Origin: Candidatus Zixiibacteriota bacterium
GTDB taxonomy: Bacteria; Zixibacteria; MSB-5A5; GN15; FEB-12
Direction of reading: 5' to 3'
Length of the DNA stretch: 24,057 nt
NCBI GenBank assembly: GCA_041742355.1
Contig: JBGSIV010000119.1
Location: forward strand, 1 to 24,057
This document shows, one piece after another, positions 15,591 to 23,393 of this stretch (its first letter is position 1; each line of letters opens with the position of its first letter). The notes beneath the pieces are model-generated. The model was not told where the DNA came from and made no database searches. It saw nothing but the letters and a program-made list of their open reading frames with translations. A program made the translations under genes and the position numbers.

Positions 15591-17531
15591 TTACGGCCGG
15601 CACCCGGCCGATGGTGGCGATCCATTGCGAAACAGGTAGTGTACCAGAACGGCCAGGTCACCCACCGAGACGCCGCAGCGGCTGTCAATGTCTCCGGCGA
15701 CGTGTGGCGTAGTCCATTCGCTGCCTCGGAAGAGAATGCCGACTAGCCGGGTCAGGTCGGTGATCGAAACGGCCCCGTCTGCGGTGAGGTCACCAGGCAG
15801 GTAGGTGACAAACGACATGGGGTTGCTGAATCCAGAACAGGCCCCGAACACGTCGCAGCCAGCCACCTCCCAATAGTAAGGCTGATTCACCAGAAGGGAA
15901 TCATCGAAGCAGGCGGCCGGCTCGCCAGAAGACATCTCGTACGCCTGCTGTGCGGGTGAACCGGCGGTCAGGCGGATCCGGTAGTACCCCAGGGAGTCGT
16001 TGTCGGGATCGACGGAGGGGGCCCAGGTGAAAAGCGGGCGCAGATCATAGATTGGGGTGCCGGCATAGTCTGCCGGAGAGACACACGCAGGCGACGACGG
16101 TGAAAAGTTGGTCTGAAAGGCCATCTCCGTCCACGCGGACCAGTCGAGGCCGGATCGACTTCGAAGTCGAAGCGTGTATTGCCGGCCGGGTTCGAGAACG
16201 AGGTCGTCGAGGGGCGTCTCGCAGGCTTCTCCGCAGACTTCGCCGCTCCAGACCGCAGGCTGTGACGGGTCATCCCCAGCCATTCGCACCTCTATGGCGG
16301 CATCCTCCTGCACGCGGTGGCCGGTCGGGTCGGCAAAGAGCCACTGGAGTGCAGGATTGGGGTCGCACACATGCTGGAGGTTGGGTTCATTCCGGAGAGT
16401 CGGGCTGAAAATCTCCGGGCCGAGAAGAGTGTCAGAGGTCACCCAGGTCAGGCCGGTCTGCCAGCCAGTGCCAGTCCCCCCGATATTGGTGCGGTGAGCA
16501 TAAGCGCTGTAGTAGAGCCAGAGGACAGTATCGGTTGCGGTGGGAGTCCAGAAGGCGCTTGCACGATAGATGCGGCGGCCGTACCACGCGGCCGGGTCGG
16601 CCATCCAGGACAGAAGGGGTGTCGGTGCAACCGCCCAGACCCCAGTATGCGGATCGAAGGCAGCGAGGTACAGGTCGGCTGAGTCGCCGGTGTTACTGGG
16701 CGAGTCGACCACCAGATTGACGAGGGCAAAAGCGCCGAACCCTATGTCCGGCAGGATTTCGAGGTGCCAGATTTTCAGCGTGTCCGAAGGCAGGCGAAAG
16801 GTACAGGTATCGGCCAGTTCAAATGGCGTGAGCGGGTCGGAAGACTGGTACCGGACGACGCGGGTGGTGTCAATCGGGGAGAGTCCGGCGGCGCGAGGTT
16901 CCACAGCGAAGAGGGAGAATCCACCGGCAGGGTCGGCCGTGATTGAGGGGGAAATTAAGGCCGAGCGCCGGGTGTTACCCAGGAGCCTGTCGGATAGGAT
17001 CGTCACGGGAGCGCTCCAGTGGAGGCCATCGGTGGTAACGCTGGCGAAGACGGCGTTGCTGTCGACGCCGGCGACTTCCCACGTGGCTCGGAAAACCATG
17101 CAGAGAGCCGTGTCACCAAGAAGCAGAAGGTCCGGATCAGCCAGGTGGGTGGCGTGAGCGGCAAAGCGATCGAAGACAGGGTTATGCAGGATGTCCGGGC
17201 CGTGGCTGTACTCGATCCACGTGCGGCCATCGTTGCTGACCGCAATATGGGGGTTCTCATCCGATTCCGAGATGCAGATGGGCGTATAGGCGACCCACAG
17301 GCGGTAGCCGAGGAAGCCGTTGGGGGCGAAAACGACCGACGGATGCAAAGCATGCGAAGCGCCCAAACAGGCAGCGCTGTCCTCGCTGTCCCAACCGGAG
17401 TAGAAAGTGGGGAAGATCAGAAAGGTGTCGGCATGTCTGGTCCAGGCGCGCTCCGGTGATACGGCACCGACGGAGGACCATGAGGTGATCGCCAGAGCGA
17501 CGATCCAGCAGAGAACGGCCAGGCATTTCAC
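15591..17531 (-). CDS. Secreted multidomain protein: putative glycosidase-like beta-propeller, FN3-like region and C-terminal dockerin-type repeats
   Basis: Signal peptide. N-domain HPSVVFAPNGFLGYRLWVAYTP...ENPHIAVSNDGRTW with later blade starts DPDLL, SPSIT, WHLEI and YRASA. Two FN3-like segments (LEPGRQYTLRLRSR, LLVNQPYYWEV). Paired EF-hand-like loops GDLTADGAVSITDL and GDIDSRCGVSVGDL. Confidence 0.8.
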   Translation of the reverse strand: MKCLAVLCWIVALAITSWSSVGAVSPERAWTRHADTFLIFPTFYSGWDSEDSAACLGASHALHPSVVFAPNGFLGYRLWVAYTPICISESDENPHIAVSNDGRTWIEYSHGPDILHNPVFDRFAAHATHLADPDLLLLGDTALCMVFRATWEVAGVDSNAVFASVTTDGLHWSAPVTILSDRLLGNTRRSALISPSITADPAGGFSLFAVEPRAAGLSPIDTTRVVRYQSSDPLTPFELADTCTFRLPSDTLKIWHLEILPDIGFGAFALVNLVVDSPSNTGDSADLYLAAFDPHTGVWAVAPTPLLSWMADPAAWYGRRIYRASAFWTPTATDTVLWLYYSAYAHRTNIGGTGTGWQTGLTWVTSDTLLGPEIFSPTLRNEPNLQHVCDPNPALQWLFADPTGHRVQEDAAIEVRMAGDDPSQPAVWSGEVCGEACETPLDDLVLEPGRQYTLRLRSRSGLDWSAWTEMAFQTNFSPSSPACVSPADYAGTPIYDLRPLFTWAPSVDPDNDSLGYYRIRLTAGSPAQQAYEMSSGEPAACFDDSLLVNQPYYWEVAGCDVFGACSGFSNPMSFVTYLPGDLTADGAVSITDLTRLVGILFRGSEWTTPHVAGDIDSRCGVSVGDLAVLVHYLFRNGSPPSAGCRP

Positions 17532-17564
17532 GATGATGGCTCTGCGCTGTGAGGAACTTAGTGC

Positions 17565-17635
17565 AATATACGGATCGGGGTGGTATCGACAAGGTGAAAT
17601 ATCTCCTTTGGGCTAGAACGGCCGGCGACTATATT
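17565..17635. promoter_or_regulatory. Divergent promoter region between the dockerin gene and ridA
   Basis: Minus strand TTGTCG-N16-TATATT (17592-17565) overlaps a sigma28-like CAAA-N16-GTCGATAC (17610-17583). Plus strand TTGGGC-N16-TATATT (17608-17635) precedes ridA. Confidence 0.45.
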
Positions 17636-17662
17636 GGGTGCCAAAACGACTGAGGAGGATCT

Positions 17663-18046
17663 ATGCGCAGACCGATCAAAAGCAACCGCGCCCCGAAAGC
17701 AATCGGACCGTATTCGCAGGCCATCCGTGTTGAGGCCGGAACCATGGTATTCTGCTCCGGCCAGATCCCGCTCGATCCGGAAACAGGCGAGATTGTCGGG
17801 ACAACCGCGGCCGAGCAGTGCCGTCAGGTCATGGAGAATCTCATCAATCTTCTGGCTGATGCCGGCGTGGATTTCTCAGCGGTGGTCAAGACGACCATAT
17901 TCCTTGCGGACATGAACGATTTTGCCGCGGTCAACGAAGTCTACGGGTCGTATTTTGATGACGATCCGCCGGCTCGGTCGACCGTACAGGTGAGCCGCCT
18001 CCCCCGCGACGTTCGGGTGGAGATCGAGATGATTGCGGTCGTGTGA
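17663..18046 (+). CDS. ridA: RidA/YjgF/UK114 family reactive intermediate/imine deaminase
   Basis: APKAIGPYSQA, SGQIPLDP, VVKTTIFLADMNDFAAVNEVY, and PARSTVQVSRLP..VRVEIE with the catalytic Arg. GAGGAGG RBS. Confidence 0.95.
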   Translation: MRRPIKSNRAPKAIGPYSQAIRVEAGTMVFCSGQIPLDPETGEIVGTTAAEQCRQVMENLINLLADAGVDFSAVVKTTIFLADMNDFAAVNEVYGSYFDDDPPARSTVQVSRLPRDVRVEIEMIAVV

Positions 18047-18310
18047 TCGAGGTAGGGCCCGGCCGTTCACGGCTCGGACCCGGACGCCGAAAAGAACGTA
18101 TTTGGATCGCAGCGGTACGAAAATAGGGGCTTTGGGCAATAAAGAGCTTCTCGGTACGATTTTGTACGGAAAGGTATGGATTTGCCGATCCGCAGAAGTC
18201 CGGCGGAGCGTCTGTAAGTCGTGGTCAGTGAAGACCATAGATGCCCCAAGCTCAGTCCTTTCCCATTGCCGTTTAACAACTTTGGTGGTACAAATTGGAC
18301 GAAAAAACCC

Positions 18311-18370
18311 TTGACACGGCGGGAAAATCCGGTTTTTTACCCTTTCAATTAATTGTGAATTCGGTCACAT
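18311..18370 (+). promoter_or_regulatory. nuo operon promoter region with Rex/CRP-type operator
   Basis: TTGACA at 18311-18316 (the -10 is T-rich and poor). TTGTGAATTCGGTCACAT at 18353-18370 is an exact TGTGA-N6-TCACA and matches Rex TTGTGAA-N4-TTCACAA with 2 mismatches. Confidence 0.65.
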
Positions 18371-18407
18371 GCCATGATCGACGCGACCTGTATAAAGGCG
18401 TATGCAT

Positions 18408-18761
18408 ATGTCAGAATATTTAGCCGTCTTGCTCTTCATCGCCGCCGGCGTCGGGATCGTGCTCTTCACGTTCTTCCTTTCCCGGCTGGTGCGACCGCAC
18501 AACCCGTATCCGGCCAAGGACATGAACTACGAGTGCGCCGAAGAGCCGGTCGGGGGCGCCTGGATCCAGTTTAACAACCGGTTCTACATCTTCGCCTTGA
18601 TTTTCGTGCTGTTCGATGTCGAAGTGGTCTTTCTCTTCCCCTGGGCGGTCGCCTTCGGCCAGCTCGGGCTGTTTGCACTGGTGGAGATGGTTCTCTTCGT
18701 TCTGATTCTCTTCTTCGGGCTGTTTTACGCCTGGCGCAAGGGAGCACTTAAATGGGTGTGA
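18408..18761 (+). CDS. nuoA: NADH-quinone oxidoreductase subunit A
   Basis: KDMNYECAEEP, RFYIFALIFVLFDVEVVFLFPWA and WRKGALKW. ATG 18408 is preferred over 18402 on AAAGG spacing. Confidence 0.96.
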   Translation: MSEYLAVLLFIAAGVGIVLFTFFLSRLVRPHNPYPAKDMNYECAEEPVGGAWIQFNNRFYIFALIFVLFDVEVVFLFPWAVAFGQLGLFALVEMVLFVLILFFGLFYAWRKGALKWV

Positions 18762-19264
18762 TCAAGAAGCTGCCGGTATACGCCGAGAAGATTCCGGGCG
18801 GTTCGATCGTCCTGACCTCGCTGGAAGCCCTCCTCCACCAGGGGCAGGCCAAGTCGCTCTGGTACCTGCTCTTCGGCACCGCCTGCTGTGCGATCGAACT
18901 GATGTGCACCGGGGCGTCGCACTATGACTTCGACCGGCTCGGGATGATCTTCCGGCCGACCCCCCGTCAGTCCGACCTCATTATAGCAGCGGGCACGATA
19001 ACCAAGAAAATGGCCCCGCGCCTTCGCCGCCTGTACGACCAGATGGCTGAGCCGCGGTATGTGATAGCAATGGGCGGCTGCACCATTAAAGGCGGCCCGT
19101 TCTACTACGACTGCTACGCCGTGGAAAAGGGGATTGACCACATAATCCCCGTCGATATCTACATCCCCGGTTGTCCCCCGCGGCCCGAGTCGCTCCTTGA
19201 AGGATGTATCCATCTGCAGGAGAAGATCAAAAAACAGCGACTCACAGACTGGCAGGAGAAATAG
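18752..19264 (+). CDS. nuoB: NADH-quinone oxidoreductase subunit B
   Basis: GTACCAIELM, PRQSDLII, MGGC and IPGCPPRPE (N2 cluster ligands with tandem Cys). Confidence 0.97.
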   Translation: MGVIKKLPVYAEKIPGGSIVLTSLEALLHQGQAKSLWYLLFGTACCAIELMCTGASHYDFDRLGMIFRPTPRQSDLIIAAGTITKKMAPRLRRLYDQMAEPRYVIAMGGCTIKGGPFYYDCYAVEKGIDHIIPVDIYIPGCPPRPESLLEGCIHLQEKIKKQRLTDWQEK

Positions 19265-19266
19265 GT

Positions 19267-19758
19267 ATGACCAGAGAAGAACTCGCTGCCTATGCCACCG
19301 AAAAGTTTGCCGGGCGGCTGACGCCGCTGGCGACCGGGAAGTACGACCCACTGTTCCTGGTCAACGATGCCGGCGACTTACTGGCGGTCGCCCGGGCGCT
19401 CAAGGAAGACCCCAAACTACAGCTGGAATACCTGTGCAACGCCGGAGCTATCGACACCGGTAAGATCGATCCGCCGGATAAGCGGTTCGAAATCCACTAC
19501 TCCGTCGCCTCGCTGCAGTTGAGCCTCCGTCTCGACCTGAAGGTCGTTCTGCCGGCCGGCAAGCCGGAAGTGGAATCGCTGCAGCCGGTCTGGCCGGCGG
19601 CCGATTGGTTCGAGCGGGAGTTCTGGGAGCTCTTCGGGATTCACGTGCGCAATCACAATCATCTCGGGCAGTTCCTGCTGCCGGATGACTGGAACCAGGG
19701 ATTCCCGATGCGCAAGGATTGGGATGCACCGGACTTTGTCCGGATGCCGGAGAAGTAA
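19267..19758 (+). CDS. nuoC: NADH-quinone oxidoreductase subunit C
   Basis: RFEIHYSV, SLQPVWPAADWFEREFWELFGI and LPDDWNQGFPMRKD. The start is moved to ATG 19267, just after the nuoB stop. Confidence 0.95.
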   Translation: MTREELAAYATEKFAGRLTPLATGKYDPLFLVNDAGDLLAVARALKEDPKLQLEYLCNAGAIDTGKIDPPDKRFEIHYSVASLQLSLRLDLKVVLPAGKPEVESLQPVWPAADWFEREFWELFGIHVRNHNHLGQFLLPDDWNQGFPMRKDWDAPDFVRMPEK

Positions 19759-19761
19759 GCC

Positions 19762-20868
19762 ATGGCGGAACTGAGGACAGAAGAATTTGTCGTCAACATG
19801 GGCCCCCACCATCCGTCGACTCACGGTGTGTGCCGCCTCATGCTGACTATGGACGGTGAGATTGTCACCAAAATCGAACCGGTGATCGGATATCTGCACC
19901 GTTCGATCGAGAAGATCTGCGAGAATCGCACCTACGCCCAGTGTGTGCCCCTCATGGACCGGGTGGAGTATGTGACGGCGATGTCGTGCGGGTACATGTT
20001 CGCCGGTGCGGTGGAAAAGCTCGGTGGGATCGAGGTCCCGCTTCGGGCGCAGTACCTCCGCACGATCATGCTGGAGCTCAACCGAATCGCGTCGCACCTG
20101 CTGTTTTACGGGGTGACGGCGATGGATATCGGGGCGTATACACCTTTCCTGTACGGCCTGCGCGAACGGGAGCTGATTATCGACCTGTTCGAAGAAACCT
20201 GCGGGCAGCGGCTTACCTACAATTATATACGGATCGGCGGGGTGTCGCAGGATATCCGGCCGGACTTCGTGCCCAAGTGCCGCGAAGCCCTCAACGTGAT
20301 CAGCGCCAAGATGTCGGACTACACCGGCCTGCTGAACGAGAACCCGATCTGGATCCACCGGACCAAGGGCGTGGGCGTACTGCCGGCTGATCTGGCCAAG
20401 GCGTACGGCGTCTCGGGACCTAACCTGCGGGCATCGGGAGTCAACTATGACATCCGCCGCAACGACCCCTACCTGCTCTATGACAAATTCGACTGGAATG
20501 TGGCGGTTCGCCCCAACGGCGACTGCTTCGACCGGTACATGCTGCGGCTGGATGAGATCATGCAGTCGATCCGGATCGTCACCCAGGCTCTCGACGGCCT
20601 CCCGGATGGAGAGATCATGGCCAAAGGAGTCACGGTCAACTACAAGGCTCCGGCCGGCGAGGTGTACCACCGGGTGGAAAACTCCCGCGGCGAGCTGGGC
20701 GTGTATATCCAGTCCGACGGCGGCAAGAAGCCGGTGCGGGTGAAGATCCGGGGCGGGTCGTACAACTCCCTCATGGTGCTGCCGCATTTCGCCACGAACC
20801 GGATGATCGCCGACCTGGTCGCGATATTTGCCACGCTCGATGTCATTATGCCGGAGGTTGACCGATGA
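19762..20868 (+). CDS. nuoD: NADH-quinone oxidoreductase subunit D
   Basis: NMGPHHPSTHGVCRL, GYLHRSIEK, DRVEY, ELNRIASHL and C-terminal EVDR. No NiFe CxxC motifs. Confidence 0.97.
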   Translation: MAELRTEEFVVNMGPHHPSTHGVCRLMLTMDGEIVTKIEPVIGYLHRSIEKICENRTYAQCVPLMDRVEYVTAMSCGYMFAGAVEKLGGIEVPLRAQYLRTIMLELNRIASHLLFYGVTAMDIGAYTPFLYGLRERELIIDLFEETCGQRLTYNYIRIGGVSQDIRPDFVPKCREALNVISAKMSDYTGLLNENPIWIHRTKGVGVLPADLAKAYGVSGPNLRASGVNYDIRRNDPYLLYDKFDWNVAVRPNGDCFDRYMLRLDEIMQSIRIVTQALDGLPDGEIMAKGVTVNYKAPAGEVYHRVENSRGELGVYIQSDGGKKPVRVKIRGGSYNSLMVLPHFATNRMIADLVAIFATLDVIMPEVDR

Positions 20869-21923
20869 TTGTCGCGCTGGAACTGCTTCCGATTTTCCAG
20901 TGGCTCGGCGAGCTGCTGGGCGGCCTCGGTCTGCCGGCCTCATGGATCGACCCGATTCGCTACGGCGCGCTGGGGGTGATGATGTTCGGGATCCTGGCCG
21001 TGGTCGCGCTCTTCCTGGTCTGGTGGGAGCGCAAAATCGCCGCCCACATCCAGCAGCGCTTCGGCCCCATGCGCCACGGCTGGCACGGGTGGTACCAGAC
21101 GATCATGGATGCGATCAAGCTGCTGCAGAAGGAAGATGTCCGCGTAGCCACGCGCGACAAGGCGGTTTTCTTCTGGGCGCCCGTGGTCGGGTTTGTGGCC
21201 GCCTTCCTGGCCTACATCGTGATCCCGTGGGGGGACGGCCTCATAGTCGCCGACCTCAATATCGGCATCCTGTATATCATGGCCGTAACGACGTTCACCG
21301 TGATTTCCCTTCTCATGGCGGGCTGGGGTTCGCACAACAAGTATGCGCTCCTCGGCGGTATGCGGTCGGCCGCACAGGTGGTCAGCTACGAGGTACCGAT
21401 GGTCGTGTCGGTGCTGACGGTCATCATCTTCGTCGGTTCGCTCTCGATGGTCGACATCGTGAAATCGCAGCAGGGGCTGATTTTCAACTGGTTCGTATTC
21501 CGGCTGCCGATGGGGCCGCTCGCGTTCCTGACGTTCATCGTCGCCGCGACCGCCGAGGCCAATCGGACGCCGTTTGATATACCCGAAGCCGAGCAGGAGC
21601 TGGTCGCGGGGTACAATATCGAGTACTCCGGGATGAAGTTCGCCATGTTCTTCCTGGCCGAGTTCGTGAACATGTTCACAGTGTCGGCAGTGGCGGTGAC
21701 GCTCTTTTTCGGCGGGTGGAACGGCTGGGAATTTGTCCCGTCGTGGATCTGGTTCCTGTTCAAAACGCTGCTCGTGGTGCTGCTCCTGATGCTCTTCCGC
21801 TGGACCTACCCGCGGCTGCGTGTCGATCAGCTCATGGAGTTTGCCTGGAAGTTTCTGGTACCGCTGACGTTCGCCAACCTGATCGTGGCGGGCATCTTCA
21901 AGTACCTGGGATGGTACTGGTAG
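20865..21923 (+). CDS. nuoH: NADH-quinone oxidoreductase subunit H
   Basis: WERKIAAHIQQRFGP, DAIKLLQKE, SAAQVVSYE, EANRTPFDIPEAEQELVAGYNIEYSG and PRLRVDQL. ATGA overlap with nuoD. Confidence 0.97.
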   Translation: MIVALELLPIFQWLGELLGGLGLPASWIDPIRYGALGVMMFGILAVVALFLVWWERKIAAHIQQRFGPMRHGWHGWYQTIMDAIKLLQKEDVRVATRDKAVFFWAPVVGFVAAFLAYIVIPWGDGLIVADLNIGILYIMAVTTFTVISLLMAGWGSHNKYALLGGMRSAAQVVSYEVPMVVSVLTVIIFVGSLSMVDIVKSQQGLIFNWFVFRLPMGPLAFLTFIVAATAEANRTPFDIPEAEQELVAGYNIEYSGMKFAMFFLAEFVNMFTVSAVAVTLFFGGWNGWEFVPSWIWFLFKTLLVVLLLMLFRWTYPRLRVDQLMEFAWKFLVPLTFANLIVAGIFKYLGWYW

Positions 21924-21942
21924 GACGCGAGGACAACACGGT

Positions 21943-22560
21943 ATGGGAATACTTAACGACTTGAAAGCCCTGGCCCAGGGCCTCGGTATTGCCGGGAAAC
22001 ATCTCGGGCGTCACGCGGTGACGATCCAGTACCCCGAGCAGCGCGACGAAATCCCGGAGCGCTCGCGCGGGATGGTGGTGCTCCTCTCGGACAAGGAAAC
22101 GGGCGAACTTAACTGCACGGCCTGCATGCTGTGCGAGCGCACCTGCCCCTCGAGCGCCATCACCATCGACGCCCCGCGCGGCGAAGACAAGAAGAAGCAA
22201 CTGGCCCAGTTCATCGTCGATCACTCGCTCTGCTGCTTCTGCGGCATGTGCGAGGAAGCCTGCAATTTCAGCGCGATCAAACTGGCGCAGAAGTACGAAT
22301 TCTCGATGCTCAAGGCGAGCGACCTCATCTGGGACATCAAAACGCTCCAGCAGTGGGGCAAGGATGTGCCGTACGAAGATACGCGGCGCCGGAAGAACCC
22401 GGTGCGCAAGGTCGGTGCGGCGGCCGAGACCGAAGGCGCCAATATGACCAAGGACTCCGAGCCGGAGGACGGCGAGGAGAAGAAGCCGGCCCGCACCGAA
22501 CGGAAGGACAAGCCCGCCCCGGCAGCCGAGCCGGTCAACAAGGAGGAGGGCCAACAATAG
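21943..22560 (+). CDS. nuoI: NADH-quinone oxidoreductase subunit I with charged C-terminal extension
   Basis: VTIQYPE and two 4Fe-4S motifs (CTACMLCERTCP, CCFCGMCEEAC), plus a low-complexity tail of about 60 aa. Confidence 0.95.
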   Translation: MGILNDLKALAQGLGIAGKHLGRHAVTIQYPEQRDEIPERSRGMVVLLSDKETGELNCTACMLCERTCPSSAITIDAPRGEDKKKQLAQFIVDHSLCCFCGMCEEACNFSAIKLAQKYEFSMLKASDLIWDIKTLQQWGKDVPYEDTRRRKNPVRKVGAAAETEGANMTKDSEPEDGEEKKPARTERKDKPAPAAEPVNKEEGQQ

Positions 22561-22562
22561 CC

Positions 22563-23084
22563 ATGGAGCAACTGTTTGAAGGGGTCACCCCCGTATTCTG
22601 GATCCTGGCGTTCGTGACGCTCGTCTCCGCCTTCATGGTGGTGTCGCTGAAAAACATCTTTCACTGCGCCCTCTTCCTCATCCTCTGCCTCTTTTCGGTG
22701 GCGGGGCTGTACGTGCTCCTGGAGGCCGAATTCATTGCCGCCGCCCAGGTGCTCATCTATGTCGGCGCGGTGGCCATCCTCATGATCTTCGCGATCATGC
22801 TCACGAGCAACCTCGCCTCGCGGCGAATCCGCCAGCTCAACGAGAACGTCCTCGTGTCGTTCTTCGTGAGCGTGGTGTTCGTGTTCGCCGGAATCCTCCT
22901 GATCCGGGCGACAACCACGGCCCGGGTCTGGCACTACCGCCCGAAAGATCTCTCCACTGACAACATAGCGCTCCTCGGCAAGTACCTGATGACAGAGTAC
23001 GCCCTGCCGTTCGAAGTCATCTCGGTGCTGCTGGTGGCGGCGATGATCGGCGCAATCGTGCTGGCCAGAAAGGAGCGCTCCTGA
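22563..23084 (+). CDS. nuoJ: NADH-quinone oxidoreductase subunit J
   Basis: AEFIAAAQVLIYVGAVAILMIFAIML and YALPFEVISVLLVAAMIGAIVLA. The true start is ATG 22563 (GGAGG upstream), not 22131. Confidence 0.95.
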   Translation: MEQLFEGVTPVFWILAFVTLVSAFMVVSLKNIFHCALFLILCLFSVAGLYVLLEAEFIAAAQVLIYVGAVAILMIFAIMLTSNLASRRIRQLNENVLVSFFVSVVFVFAGILLIRATTTARVWHYRPKDLSTDNIALLGKYLMTEYALPFEVISVLLVAAMIGAIVLARKERS

Positions 23085-23383
23085 TGCTTCCCTACCTGGT
23101 ACTGGCGATGATCCTGTTTGCGACCGGGCTGTTCGGCGTTCTGACGCGGCGCAACACGATCGGGATCCTGATGTCCCTGGAGCTGATGTTCAACGCCGCG
23201 AACATAAACTTCGTGACGTTCAACAAGTTCGTGGCGACGACGCCGTTTGTCGGCCAGTTGTTCGCCATCTTCGTGATAGTCATTGCGGCGGCGGAGGCGG
23301 CGGTCGGTCTGGCCATCGTCCTGCTCATCTATCGCAACTGGCGCGGCATCGAAACTGACCACTACAGCGTGATGAAGTGGTAA
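23084..23383 (+). CDS. nuoK: NADH-quinone oxidoreductase subunit K
   Basis: RRNTIGILMSLELMFNAANINF and IAAAEAAVGLAI. TGATG overlap with nuoJ. Confidence 0.97.
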   Translation: MLPYLVLAMILFATGLFGVLTRRNTIGILMSLELMFNAANINFVTFNKFVATTPFVGQLFAIFVIVIAAAEAAVGLAIVLLIYRNWRGIETDHYSVMKW

Positions 23384-23393
23384 GGGGACAACT

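Noticed and set aside
19762..20868. Group 4 [NiFe]-hydrogenase large subunit
   Set aside because: No N- or C-terminal CxxC. It has complex I quinone-site motifs (HPSTHG, DRVEY) and ends in EVDR.
22131..22562. N-terminal extension of nuoJ in the ORF track
   Set aside because: It overlaps nuoI in another frame. The real start is ATG 22563, right after the nuoI stop.
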